Positions 40,984 through 50,880 of a stretch of DNA of 64,000 nucleotides are shown here, in pieces. The DNA comes from Phormidium sp. (GTDB lineage: Bacteria; Cyanobacteriota; Cyanobacteriia; Cyanobacteriales; Aerosakkonemataceae). The DNA is taken from the NCBI GenBank assembly GCA_051013385.1, contig CP143273.1, positions 1,888,001 through 1,952,000 of the forward strand. The letters run 5' to 3'. The notes below the pieces were generated by a model. The model searched no databases. It was not told the DNA's origin and was given only the letters and a program-made list of their open reading frames with translations. Each line of letters starts with the position of its first letter. The stretch's first letter is position 1. Made by a program: the position numbers and the translations under genes.

Positions 40984-42696
40984 CTAATCTGCATCAGCTT
41001 GTCGCCAATTCGCAACTTTTCTTTGCTCTTGGAGGGCAATATCCTGATATAATTTTTCTTGTTCAATCATAAGTTGAAACTCTTCTTGTTCGGTTTCTAA
41101 TTGACTTTGTAAAGCTTCGATTTGCGATCGCACTAATGCTTGTTTTCTTTCTAACTCGCGCCGTTTGCGTTCAAATTCTTGCTGACGAACTAAGCTATCA
41201 GCTTTTTCCTTCGCTTCTTGCACATTTCGCGCCGTACCAGTCAGCACAGTTCCCTGTCCTAAATAAACATCTTTTAATTCTATACCTTGACTTGTTAGGA
41301 CGAATTCCCGCACCTGATTAGAATGTTCCATTCCGCGAGATTTTAACACATATAAAACTCGGTTACGTTCTCCGCTACTTTCATTAACTCGTAATTCTAA
41401 CCAGGTATCCATTAAAGATGAAATGCCAATTTCTGTATGTTCTAAAGAACTACTACCCGTGACTAAGTTTGTTAGCATGACCGTGATTTGTTGACTCTTT
41501 AAAGAATCAATCAACCGCATAAAAAATGCTTTAGACTGAAGTAAATTACCGCCTAAAACTAAATTACTCATTGGGTCAACAATTACCACTGTTGGCTGCA
41601 ATTCATTAATTAAATTATGAATTTGGATTAAGTGCATTTCTAAACCAAAAGCTGTTGGGCGCACTGCTTGAAACTTAAGCAAACCTTTCTCGACAAAAGG
41701 TTGTAAATCTAATCCTACTGACAGCATATTGCGGAGAATTTGTTGGGGTGCTTCTTCAAAAGCTAAGTAAAGACAACGTTCCCCACGAAGACAGGTTGCT
41801 TGAGCAAAATGAGCAGAGATTGTACTTTTTCCAGTTCCGGCTGTCCCTGTAATTAAAATGCTGCTACCTCGAAAATATCCTTGACCTCCTAACATTGTAT
41901 CGAGGCGAGGTATGCCTGTACTGATCCGTTCGGTAGAAATTTCGTGGTCTAATCCTACTGAGGTAATAGGTAAGACAGAAATTCCTTTTTCGTTAATTAA
42001 AAAGGGATATTCGTTAGTACCGTGACTAGAACCCCGATATTTAACTATCTGCAAACGTCGAGTCGAAATTTCATCTTGAATGCGTTGATCTAACCGAATC
42101 ACGCAATCAGCAACATATTCTTCTAAACCATGCCTGGTGAGAGTATTTTCTCCTTTTTCTCCAGTGATAATTGCTGTGACACCTTTGCTTTTTAACCAGC
42201 GAAATAATCTTTGTAATTCCGATCTGACGATCGTCTCATTAGACAAACCAACAAATAGTGTTTCAATTGTATCTAAGACAACTCTTTTGGCTCCGATCGT
42301 ATCAATTATTTGCTCTAATCTAATAAATAAAGCTTCGAGATTATAATCTCCTGTCTCTTCTATTTCGTAGGGATCGATATGAATGTGATCGATTAAAAAC
42401 TTTTTCTGGGCAATTAGTTGCTTTAAATCCCAACCCAAAGAACGAACATTCAGGATCAGTTCGTCAGGTGATTCTTCAAAAGAGACGAACACGCCCGGTT
42501 CTGAGTAAAAAACTGCACCAGAAACCAGGAAATTAAGACCGATTAAAGTCTTACCACTCCCCGCTGTTCCACATACCAGGGTTGGTCTTCCTTTAGGTAA
42601 ACCACCACCTGTAATTTCATCTAGTCCCTGAATTCCTGTAGGAGATTTAGGCAACTGATTATTGTCTGATCTAGTAATTTCACTGTCTAATAGCAT
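40984..42696 (-). CDS. kaiC: KaiC-family double ATPase (KaiC2-type)
   Basis: Two Walker A motifs (GTAGSGKT, GTAGTGKS), SFEE/AFEE, KYRGS/KSRG, ISSLMDTW phosphosite loop and a C-terminal coiled coil. Confidence 0.93.
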   Translation of the reverse strand: MLLDSEITRSDNNQLPKSPTGIQGLDEITGGGLPKGRPTLVCGTAGSGKTLIGLNFLVSGAVFYSEPGVFVSFEESPDELILNVRSLGWDLKQLIAQKKFLIDHIHIDPYEIEETGDYNLEALFIRLEQIIDTIGAKRVVLDTIETLFVGLSNETIVRSELQRLFRWLKSKGVTAIITGEKGENTLTRHGLEEYVADCVIRLDQRIQDEISTRRLQIVKYRGSSHGTNEYPFLINEKGISVLPITSVGLDHEISTERISTGIPRLDTMLGGQGYFRGSSILITGTAGTGKSTISAHFAQATCLRGERCLYLAFEEAPQQILRNMLSVGLDLQPFVEKGLLKFQAVRPTAFGLEMHLIQIHNLINELQPTVVIVDPMSNLVLGGNLLQSKAFFMRLIDSLKSQQITVMLTNLVTGSSSLEHTEIGISSLMDTWLELRVNESSGERNRVLYVLKSRGMEHSNQVREFVLTSQGIELKDVYLGQGTVLTGTARNVQEAKEKADSLVRQQEFERKRRELERKQALVRSQIEALQSQLETEQEEFQLMIEQEKLYQDIALQEQRKVANWRQADAD

Positions 42697-42974
42697 AATG
42701 AATCCAAATATTGACTATATGAAATTTCCCAAAGGAAGATTTTCGGTTCTTTCTAATTTATAGCAATTTATATTCAAGTCGTGTTATTGATTAACAGTCT
42801 CAGGTATTTATAATTATTCAATGTCCCTGTTTAGTTTTGCCTGAATCACCTGCTTAAGTTCACTCAGAAAGCAGGTTAACTTTATAGAGACTGGTCTTTT
42901 AACTGTTTACTTTTTACCAATATGTTATAAACTACTCAATCATAACAAAGTTAATTTTGTGAGGATACTTAACA

Positions 42975-44132
42975 ATGCGAGTAATGATTTTATATGCTTC
43001 ACTAGGAATGGGGCATATTAGTGCTGCTAACGCTTTAAGTCAGGCTTTCTCTTGCTTTCCTGGGATAGAAGTGCTGAGTGAAGACGCTTTGGCTTATGCT
43101 AGTTCAGTCTATCGCAATGCTGTTATTCAAGCTTACAAAAATTCTAGCGAAAAAGTACCGCAACTTTACAAAGCTCTATATGAAGGAAGTGATATTTCTG
43201 ATTTAGAAAGGTCTTTAGATAGTAATTTAGCATGGGCGAAATTAGAACTTCCTTTCTTTCGACGTTTGGGAAGATTAATTAGGGAAACTGCACCAGATGC
43301 GATCGTCTGCGTGCAACAAATTCCCAGCCGACTGCTACAATTATTAGAGCCGGAAGACCAAGTAAGCAAGCCACAATATGTTGTTGTGACTGATTTAATT
43401 GCTCATAGCACTTGGTTAAATTATGGTGTAGATGGTTATTTTTTACCGAACGATTTGAGCGCCAATATTTTGAAACAACGAGGTGTAAATCCATCACTTC
43501 TTCATATTACTGGAATTCCGGTTAAACTAGAGATTAGTAAGCCAAAATCTAAACCAGAAATGCGATCGGGTCATCATTTACCCCAAGATTTATCGGTAGT
43601 CACTTTATTTGGTGGCGGGTTGAATAGTCGGAGAGTTTATGCGATCGTTTCCTCTTTATTAGAAACACTCAGTTCCGCTATGATTGTAGTAGTGGCTGGC
43701 AGAAATGAAGACTTGCTAGACACTTTAACAGATTTAACAGATAGCCCTCATGTGAAATTACGTAAATTAGGCACAATTGATTATGTAGATGACTTAATTG
43801 TAGCTAGCGATCTAATTATTACTAAAGCCGGGGGATTGATTACTAGCGAAATTTTGGCAAGGGGAACACCAACAATTATTGTAGATCCAATTCCCGGTCA
43901 AGAAGAACAAAATGCTGATGTAATTACTGCCGCAGGTGCTGGAGTACAATTAAGATTATTAGAAATGGTAGCCCCAGCAGTCAAGTATCTTTTAAACCAC
44001 CCAGAAAGACTAACTCAAATGCGTCAATCTGCATTGGAATTAGGCAAACCTCGTGCAGCTTTAAACATAGCTGAACATATTTTATCAGATTGGCGATCGC
44101 GTATCAAGATGTTACAACCTAGCAAGATCTAA
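42975..44132 (+). CDS. GT28 glycosyltransferase, MGDG-synthase/UgtP-like
   Basis: SLGMGHISAA, VVVTD..AH..W, TGIPV, ITKAGG...SE and IPGQEEQNA motifs. Confidence 0.85.
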   Translation: MRVMILYASLGMGHISAANALSQAFSCFPGIEVLSEDALAYASSVYRNAVIQAYKNSSEKVPQLYKALYEGSDISDLERSLDSNLAWAKLELPFFRRLGRLIRETAPDAIVCVQQIPSRLLQLLEPEDQVSKPQYVVVTDLIAHSTWLNYGVDGYFLPNDLSANILKQRGVNPSLLHITGIPVKLEISKPKSKPEMRSGHHLPQDLSVVTLFGGGLNSRRVYAIVSSLLETLSSAMIVVVAGRNEDLLDTLTDLTDSPHVKLRKLGTIDYVDDLIVASDLIITKAGGLITSEILARGTPTIIVDPIPGQEEQNADVITAAGAGVQLRLLEMVAPAVKYLLNHPERLTQMRQSALELGKPRAALNIAEHILSDWRSRIKMLQPSKI

Positions 44133-44136
44133 AACT

Positions 44137-45696
44137 ATGGCAACTTCTCTAACTATCCCAACAAAAAATCAGCAAAACGCAGCTTTCCTCTGGGGAGTTG
44201 CCACATCAGGTTATCAAAGCGAAGGTGGTTACAATGGTTTTTCCCAACCCCAAAATAATTGGACATTCTGGGAAAAGCAAGGTAAAGTAATGCCGACAAA
44301 AGATGCTACAGAATTTTGGCATCGCTATGATGAAGACTTTAAAACCTGCCAAAGATTAGGTTTAAATTCTTTCCGGTTAGGCTTAGAATGGGCAAGAATT
44401 CAACCTTCGAATAGTCCCGAAAGTACCACTGCACCTGCATTTGACACCGATGTTTTAGATAATTATACCGCAATAATTGCTGATTGTTATAAACATAAAT
44501 TAGAACCAATCGTTACATTACATCATTTTACCCATCCGGCATGGTTAGGTTTAGATGCTTGGTTATCAACAGATACAATTGATTGCTTTGTTGAATATGT
44601 TCGAGTTACAATCAATCATATAAATCGCCGTTTAACTGATTACTATCAACTACCGCCAATTAACTGGTATATTACTATCAATGAACCGAACATTTTGCTG
44701 TCTAACACTTATTTAAGCGGTCAATTTCCCGCAGGTTCCGCTATGGGAATTGGGGCAATGATGAAAGGTTACAATCACATTTTAGCGGCTCATGTGCGGG
44801 CTTACAATGTGATTCATGACATCTATGCTGCTGAAGGTTGGCTAACGCCCCAAGTTACTCTTAATACTTACTGTAGTGATTTATATTGGTCGGAAAAGGT
44901 AATTTGGGATTTACTGAATCATCAAAAATTAGGAATTAAAACTCAAGAATTACCAGATTACATTGTTAACAATGCCAAACACTTAGACCGTGCTATAAGC
45001 CGTGCAAAGTTGCCTTTTCGTCGCAATTTACCTTATTTTTTAGGGAAATTAGTTCATCAGGTATCTAATAAATTAGGATATCGGATTTTCGATCCGAAAA
45101 ACTTAGATGTTTATCTGGAAGAGTTGGGGAAATCTGCGCGATCGCAAATTTTCGACTACCTCGCCATTGACTATTACGATCCATTTCTAGCGCACATTTT
45201 TCGACTACCAGATTTCTCTGATTTTGAATTTGAAACCAAAGATTTTCGCGGTTGGTTAATGAGTGGAATTACTAGTAAATGGTGGGATTGGCGATCGCTA
45301 CCAGAAGGATTACACTTTTTCTGCAAATATTATACTGAAACATTAGGTTATCCGATAATGATTGCCGAAAATGGCATGGCATTACGTCGCAAACCTGATA
45401 ATAGTATTTCTAGTTATCGTCGCGATCAAATTAAACGCAGCGATTTTTTGAAAGCACACATTCAGCAAATCAAAAGATTATTAAATGAAAATGTGCCTGT
45501 AATTGGTTATATGCACTGGTCATTAACTGATAATTATGAATGGGGTTCTTATACTCCGAGGTTTGGACTTTTTAGTATTGATTTTGCTAAAAATAGCGAT
45601 CGCATAATTGAAGACCATTTAGGCGATCGACCTTCGGAAACTTACGCACAATTAATTCAAGAAATTGGTACTCCTACCATTTCCTTAAAAAGTTGA
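44137..45696 (+). CDS. Glycoside hydrolase family 1
   Basis: FLWGVATSGYQSEGG, TLHHF, INEP (acid/base), AENG (nucleophile) and WSLTDNYEW...RFGL. Confidence 0.93.
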   Translation: MATSLTIPTKNQQNAAFLWGVATSGYQSEGGYNGFSQPQNNWTFWEKQGKVMPTKDATEFWHRYDEDFKTCQRLGLNSFRLGLEWARIQPSNSPESTTAPAFDTDVLDNYTAIIADCYKHKLEPIVTLHHFTHPAWLGLDAWLSTDTIDCFVEYVRVTINHINRRLTDYYQLPPINWYITINEPNILLSNTYLSGQFPAGSAMGIGAMMKGYNHILAAHVRAYNVIHDIYAAEGWLTPQVTLNTYCSDLYWSEKVIWDLLNHQKLGIKTQELPDYIVNNAKHLDRAISRAKLPFRRNLPYFLGKLVHQVSNKLGYRIFDPKNLDVYLEELGKSARSQIFDYLAIDYYDPFLAHIFRLPDFSDFEFETKDFRGWLMSGITSKWWDWRSLPEGLHFFCKYYTETLGYPIMIAENGMALRRKPDNSISSYRRDQIKRSDFLKAHIQQIKRLLNENVPVIGYMHWSLTDNYEWGSYTPRFGLFSIDFAKNSDRIIEDHLGDRPSETYAQLIQEIGTPTISLKS

Positions 45697-46061
45697 ACCA
45701 AATTCTAATTAATCTGAAGTCCCCCTTCTTAATTCGATCCCCCCTAACCCCCCTTAACAAGGGGGGAACCGGATTCAAATTCACCCTTAACAAGGGGGGA
45801 ACCAGATTCAAAGTCCCCCTTATTAAGGGGGATTTAGGGGGATCTTATCTGTCGCAAAGATTGTGAAAACTGCTATAAGAGATTTTATTTACTCCACCAT
45901 TTCCACCATTTCTTATTACCTGTAATTTCTTGCAGTTTAGCTTCAGCATATTCAACTAATGGGGAGAAGGAAATTTCCTTGGCTAACTCGATTCCTCGGC
46001 GCAAAAATTCCATAGAAACCCGATTTCTTTTTAGGAAACCGAGTTTCTGCCTAAATAAAAT

Positions 46062-46415
46062 CTACTCTAGCTTTTGCTTAATGATTTCCGGTTTTTCTCG
46101 GAAACCAACTAATACTGCTGTGCCATTTTTAACAAACAAAGGTCTTTTAAGTAGCATGGCATCTTTGGCAAAAGCATCTATCCATTCTTCATCCGTCCAA
46201 CTTTGTTTTACTTCCCCCAATGCGCGGTAAGATTGTCCTGAAGTGTTTCGCATTGGTTTAGATCCGAGAGTTTGCACCCAGCTTTCAATTATCTCGCGAG
46301 AGGGAGGATTTTCTTTAGTATTGATGAAATCATATTTAATATTATTATCAGACAGCCATTGCAGTGCTTTTTTACAGGTGCCGCAGTTAGGAATGCCGTA
46401 AATTTGAATCGTCAT
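46062..46415 (-). CDS. ArsC/Spx-family (YffB-like) protein
   Basis: IYGIPNCGTCKKA and LLKRP motifs. Confidence 0.9.
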   Translation of the reverse strand: MTIQIYGIPNCGTCKKALQWLSDNNIKYDFINTKENPPSREIIESWVQTLGSKPMRNTSGQSYRALGEVKQSWTDEEWIDAFAKDAMLLKRPLFVKNGTAVLVGFREKPEIIKQKLE

Positions 46416-46569
46416 GGTGTTGTTTACCGAAATTTTGAGAGAGTTTACCGAAATAGAGATTTTTATTTAATCCAGTAGAATTATTAAGTGTAACTCCTAA
46501 TTTTAATAATCTCAATCCTTGATTTTGAGACAAAATGGAGTCGTTAACTAAATCACGGTTTTGATACCA

Positions 46570-47910
46570 ATGGCAGAACCACATAACACTAATTTACCTT
46601 CCGATGATTCTTCGCAGTTGAATCAAACAACTGATGATCTTACCAAAAAGTCAGTTGATGAATCTTGGCAAAGTCGTATTGCTGAGGTTTGGAACAATAC
46701 TAGTAATAGCTTGAATGAGTTTAAAAAACTTCTACCTGTTGAGCCAGTGGCGCAAAAGATTGTAGAATTGTTTAGTGTCAGCGAGTCTCAAGTAGCAGAA
46801 ATTCTGGCAACAGTTCAGGCGGAATTACCCACAACTGAAGCATTGTTAATTGGTAAACCACAAGCGGGAAAAAGTTCGATCGTTCGCGGACTAACAGGCG
46901 TTTCTGCGGAAATTGTTGGTCAAGGTTTTCGTCCTCACACCCAAAATACTAAACGTTATGTTTATCCTTCTGATGATTTGCCGTTGCTGATTTTTACTGA
47001 TACGGTAGGTCTAGGAGATGTTAATCAGAATACACAGGCTATTATTGATGAATTGATTGGAGATTTACAAAAAACCAATCGGGCAAAAATCTTAATCCTG
47101 ACTGTTAAAACTAATGACTTTGCTACTGATACTTTACGCGAAATCGCTGAAGAATTGCAGAAAAAGTATCCCGATATTCCCTGTTTGTTGGCGGTAACTT
47201 GTTTGCATGAAGTTTACCCGCCTGGTGTTGATAATCATCCGAGTTATCCGCCTGATTTTCTGGAAGTTAATCGCACATTTACGGCTTTAAAAACTGCTTT
47301 TTCGGGATTGTACGATCGCGCCATCCAAATCGACTTCACCCTAGAAGAAGATGGTTATACTCCCGTATTTTACGGTTTAGAAGCGTTGAGAGATGCCTTA
47401 GCAGATTTACTCCCAGAAGCCGAAGCTAACGCGATTTATCAATTATTAGATCAGGAAGAAACTGGCAGAAAACTGGGTAATCTTTATCGAGATGTCGGGC
47501 GACGTTATATCATGGCATTTTCGATTATGGCTGCTACTTTAGCCGCTGTACCATTGCCATTTGCTACTATGCCTGTATTAACAGCTTTGCAAGTTTCAAT
47601 GGTAACTTTATTAGGTAATTTGTATGGACAAACTATCACGCCATCGCAAGCAGGTGGGATTGTCAGTGCGATCGCAGGTGGATTTTTAGCTCAAGCGATC
47701 GGACGAGAATTAGTTAAATTCATCCCCATTTTTGGTAGCGTAATTGCGGCATCTTGGGCAGCGGCTTATACTTGGGCTTTAGGTGAAGCTGCTTGTGTTT
47801 ATTTCGGGGATTTAATTGGTGGGAAAAAACCCGATCCTCAGCGAATTCAAAATGTAATGCAAGAATCTTTTAAAGCAGCAAAAGAAAGATTTAAAGGAAT
47901 AAATAGTTAA
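46570..47910 (+). CDS. GTPase with a C-terminal DUF697 (YcjF-like) region
   Basis: GKPQAGKSS, DTVG and a C-terminal AAVPLPFA...LQVSM hydrophobic domain. Confidence 0.8.
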   Translation: MAEPHNTNLPSDDSSQLNQTTDDLTKKSVDESWQSRIAEVWNNTSNSLNEFKKLLPVEPVAQKIVELFSVSESQVAEILATVQAELPTTEALLIGKPQAGKSSIVRGLTGVSAEIVGQGFRPHTQNTKRYVYPSDDLPLLIFTDTVGLGDVNQNTQAIIDELIGDLQKTNRAKILILTVKTNDFATDTLREIAEELQKKYPDIPCLLAVTCLHEVYPPGVDNHPSYPPDFLEVNRTFTALKTAFSGLYDRAIQIDFTLEEDGYTPVFYGLEALRDALADLLPEAEANAIYQLLDQEETGRKLGNLYRDVGRRYIMAFSIMAATLAAVPLPFATMPVLTALQVSMVTLLGNLYGQTITPSQAGGIVSAIAGGFLAQAIGRELVKFIPIFGSVIAASWAAAYTWALGEAACVYFGDLIGGKKPDPQRIQNVMQESFKAAKERFKGINS

Positions 47911-47963
47911 TCATAATTAAATGTAGAGACGTTATATATAACGTCTCTACATTGGATTATTTT

Positions 47964-48676
47964 TTAAGCAGCGATCGCTTCTTGATAAACGATAAACAGA
48001 CTCTTTTTCGCTCCACAAATTGGACAATACCAATCATCTGGAATCTCAGCAAAAGGAGTTCCCGGAGCAATTCCTGAATCAGGATCGCCTACAGTAGGAT
48101 CGTAAATCATCGAACATTGGCGACAAATCCATTTTTGCATCGCCTGATCTTCGCTTGCACTTCTGGGGAAAGCAGCTTTCCCATCCAAAGCACCCAAAGC
48201 TTCGGTATATTGTTGCGCGTGATGTTGCTCAATGTGCGTTAACAAACCAAAATTTTTGGCTGCGGTGTGAAACATGGTAGCGTGTTCTTTAGATTCCTCT
48301 GTTTGTGCAGTAAACTCAGCGACAGCATCACTATCCTCATCTGCTTTTGCTTCAGCCGCAAAACCTGGATACATGGTAGTGTATTCGTAAGTTTCGCCCT
48401 CAATAGCGAGTTCTAAACAACGAGCAGCGATCGCTTTTTTTCCTCCTCACTCAGTTTAGCTGGATCGTCCACAACTATTTCAGGATGCAACAACCGAAAA
48501 TGTGCAAAAGCGTGTTCTGTCTCTTGATTTGCTGTTTCTTTGAATAACTTTGACAGTTCACTCATCCCCAGTTTCCGAGTCACTTCCGCAAAAAACAAAT
48601 ACTTGCGATTTGCCATTGACTCGCCACCAAAAGCAGCTTCCAAATTTTTAGCAGTGTTCGACTGTGAAAGATCCAT
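47964..48676 (-). pseudogene. Rubrerythrin + rubredoxin protein, split by a -1 frameshift
   Basis: AFGGESMANRKY...ETEHA, then LAIEGETYE...ESKEHA...WICRQC...CPICG. One extra A at 48435-48441 restores a single ORF. Confidence 0.88.
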
Positions 48677-48761
48677 CAATGTCTCCTCAAAATCCCAAGA
48701 GGCTATTTCTAAACATCTTAAATCCGTAGGGTGCGTTACGCCAGCGTAACGCACCTTAATC

Positions 48762-48907
48762 TAAATTACTGTTTGGCAGGCAAAATTAAATTACTGTTTG
48801 GCAGGCAAAATTAAATTACTGTTTGGCAGGCAAAATTAAATTACTGTTTGGCAGGCAAAATTAAATTACTGTTTGGCAGGCAAAATTAAATTACTGTTTG
48901 GCAGGCA
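48762..48907. repeat. 25-bp tandem repeat, about 6 copies
   Basis: TAAATTACTGTTTGGCAGGCAAAAT recurs at an exact 25-nt period with no spacers. Confidence 0.95.
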
Positions 48908-48934
48908 GGATGCCTACCCTACAATATAGTTGTA

Positions 48935-49148
48935 ATACCAAATCCTGGTTATACCAATTCTCTATAAAGATGCGCTTAATTCACCCCACCCCAAACCCCT
49001 CCCCGTCTACAGGGAGGGGCTATGATTAAGCGCAATTTTACAAAGAATTGGTATGTAGTTACCCCTCTATCTTCTCCTTCTTTCCTCTGCGTCCTCTGCG
49101 TCCTCTGCGGTTCATTAATAAAAGGGGTTTTTCACCCGGATTTAGTAT
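48935..49148. mobile_element. Nested MITE-like elements
   Basis: Outer ends ATACCAAATCC / GGATTTAGTAT. Inner element 48951-49054 has ATACCAATTCT...TGCGCTTAA / TTAAGCGCA...AGAATTGGTAT. Confidence 0.6.
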
Positions 49149-49257
49149 AACTCCTGTGGGGTGGGCATCTTGCCCGCAAAGAGAATATGGAGAAATAATT
49201 GAGATGTAAACTGTTTTTATATCATCAATATTTTAAAAAATAAAATTGAGTAAATTA

Positions 49258-50739
49258 CTAAAACAACTTCGCCACACTAGGCTTAGTAACTTTCCCCATC
49301 GCATTTCGAGGTAACTCTTCAACCACCAAAATTTTACTAGGAACTTTATAAGTAGCCAATCGTTCTTTTGCCCAACTTCTGAGATTTTCTAAACTTAGAT
49401 CGCTCCCCGATTTTAATATCAAAGCCGCACAAACTCGCTCACCCCATTCAGCATCCTCCACTCCCACAACAGCACAATCTAAAATATCTGAATGAGTGCG
49501 TAAAACCTCCTCAATTTCCAAAGCGGAAACTTTATAACCGCCAGTTTTAATAATATCAACACTCATCCGTCCCAAAATCCGATAATTATCGTTTTCTACT
49601 ACGGCAAAATCCCCCGTACAAAACCAACTATCGCGAAAAGCTTTAACAGTAGCTTCTGGTTTTTGCCAATATTCCAGAAAAACAGTTGCGCCTCTAACTT
49701 GAATTTCTCCCGGAGTTCCTGGAGTTACTAATTTCCCATTTTCATCTACTAATCTAACTTCCACTTGCGGCAAAGGTTTGCCCACATATCCGGCGAATCT
49801 TTCACCGTTTAAAGCGTTAGATAAAGCCATGCCAATTTCGGTCATTCCGTAGCGTTCCAAGAGAAAATGACCGCTAATATTTTGCCATTTTTCTAATACT
49901 TTAACTGGTAAAGCTGCGGAGCCGGAAACCATTAACCGCATTTTAGCACAGCCATTAGAAATTCTTTGTTGTTGATCGCGATCGCTCTTTTCCCAAGCTG
50001 CAATTAACTTAACATAAATCGTCGGTACAGCCATAAATAAAGTTAAGTCACCATCACTAATGCGATCGCAAACAACCTCCGCATCAAACTTAGGTAAAAT
50101 ATGACATTCTGCCCCACTCCACAAAGCACAAGTTAGCACGTTAATAATGCCATGAATATGATGTAAAGGTAAGACGTGCAAAATGCGATCGTCCTTTGTC
50201 CATCCCCAAGCAGAAACCAAACTTGTTACTTGCGCTTGAATATTTTCATGTGTAGTAACAACACCCTTGGGTTTTCCAGTTGTCCCGCTAGTATAAAGGA
50301 TTAAAGCTCGTCTATTAAGCTCAATTTTTGGCAGCAAACTAACTTCTTCAGGCAGAGTTTCCGAAGTTAAAATAAATCGTAAATTTCTCTCTTCAGCTAT
50401 GGGGCGCAATAGGTCTGCAAAACTGGGATGTGCAATAATAATTGATGCCCCTGAATCAGAAATTACATAATCTAACTCAGGTTTGGGATGAGAAACACAC
50501 AGAGGTACAGCGATTCCCCCTGCACGCCAAATCCCCCATTGTGTAGCGACATACTGAAATCCCGAAGGTATAAGAAAAGCCACTCGCTGTTCTTGTAAAT
50601 CTGTGATATTATCCAAAAGTTTAGTCGCAATTTTAGCCGAAGTTTCCAGTAAATCCTGATAGGTAAAAGTTCCTTCAGTGGCGACAATGGCGGTTTTGGT
50701 TAGGTTTTGGTGGGCGCGATCGATCGGTGGGAGATTCAC
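49258..50739 (-). CDS. Acyl-CoA synthetase (malonyl-CoA synthetase MatB-like)
   Basis: YTSGTTGKPKG, ERYGMTE (MatB/ACSF3-type), TGD and PRNAMGK motifs. Confidence 0.88.
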   Translation of the reverse strand: MNLPPIDRAHQNLTKTAIVATEGTFTYQDLLETSAKIATKLLDNITDLQEQRVAFLIPSGFQYVATQWGIWRAGGIAVPLCVSHPKPELDYVISDSGASIIIAHPSFADLLRPIAEERNLRFILTSETLPEEVSLLPKIELNRRALILYTSGTTGKPKGVVTTHENIQAQVTSLVSAWGWTKDDRILHVLPLHHIHGIINVLTCALWSGAECHILPKFDAEVVCDRISDGDLTLFMAVPTIYVKLIAAWEKSDRDQQQRISNGCAKMRLMVSGSAALPVKVLEKWQNISGHFLLERYGMTEIGMALSNALNGERFAGYVGKPLPQVEVRLVDENGKLVTPGTPGEIQVRGATVFLEYWQKPEATVKAFRDSWFCTGDFAVVENDNYRILGRMSVDIIKTGGYKVSALEIEEVLRTHSDILDCAVVGVEDAEWGERVCAALILKSGSDLSLENLRSWAKERLATYKVPSKILVVEELPRNAMGKVTKPSVAKLF

Positions 50740-50880
50740 GTTAGTTAGTCAGTTGATTTTAGTAACATAAAGAATAGCATTATGAGTAGGCTTCTCTGAC
50801 TGATATTTAGAAGAGCTTATGCAGCGCTAAACGGACTTTTAACTTTACCGTTATCCGGTAACTATGGCTAATGACCCAAC

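Noticed and set aside
48677..48754. N-terminal extension MRYAGVTHP... on the rubrerythrin ORF
   Set aside because: Derived from a GTAGGGTGCGTTACG REP-like palindrome; the ATG at 48676 has a GAGGAG RBS
48762..48907. 25-bp repeat as a possible CRISPR array or iteron set
   Set aside because: No spacers, and no cas or rep gene nearby
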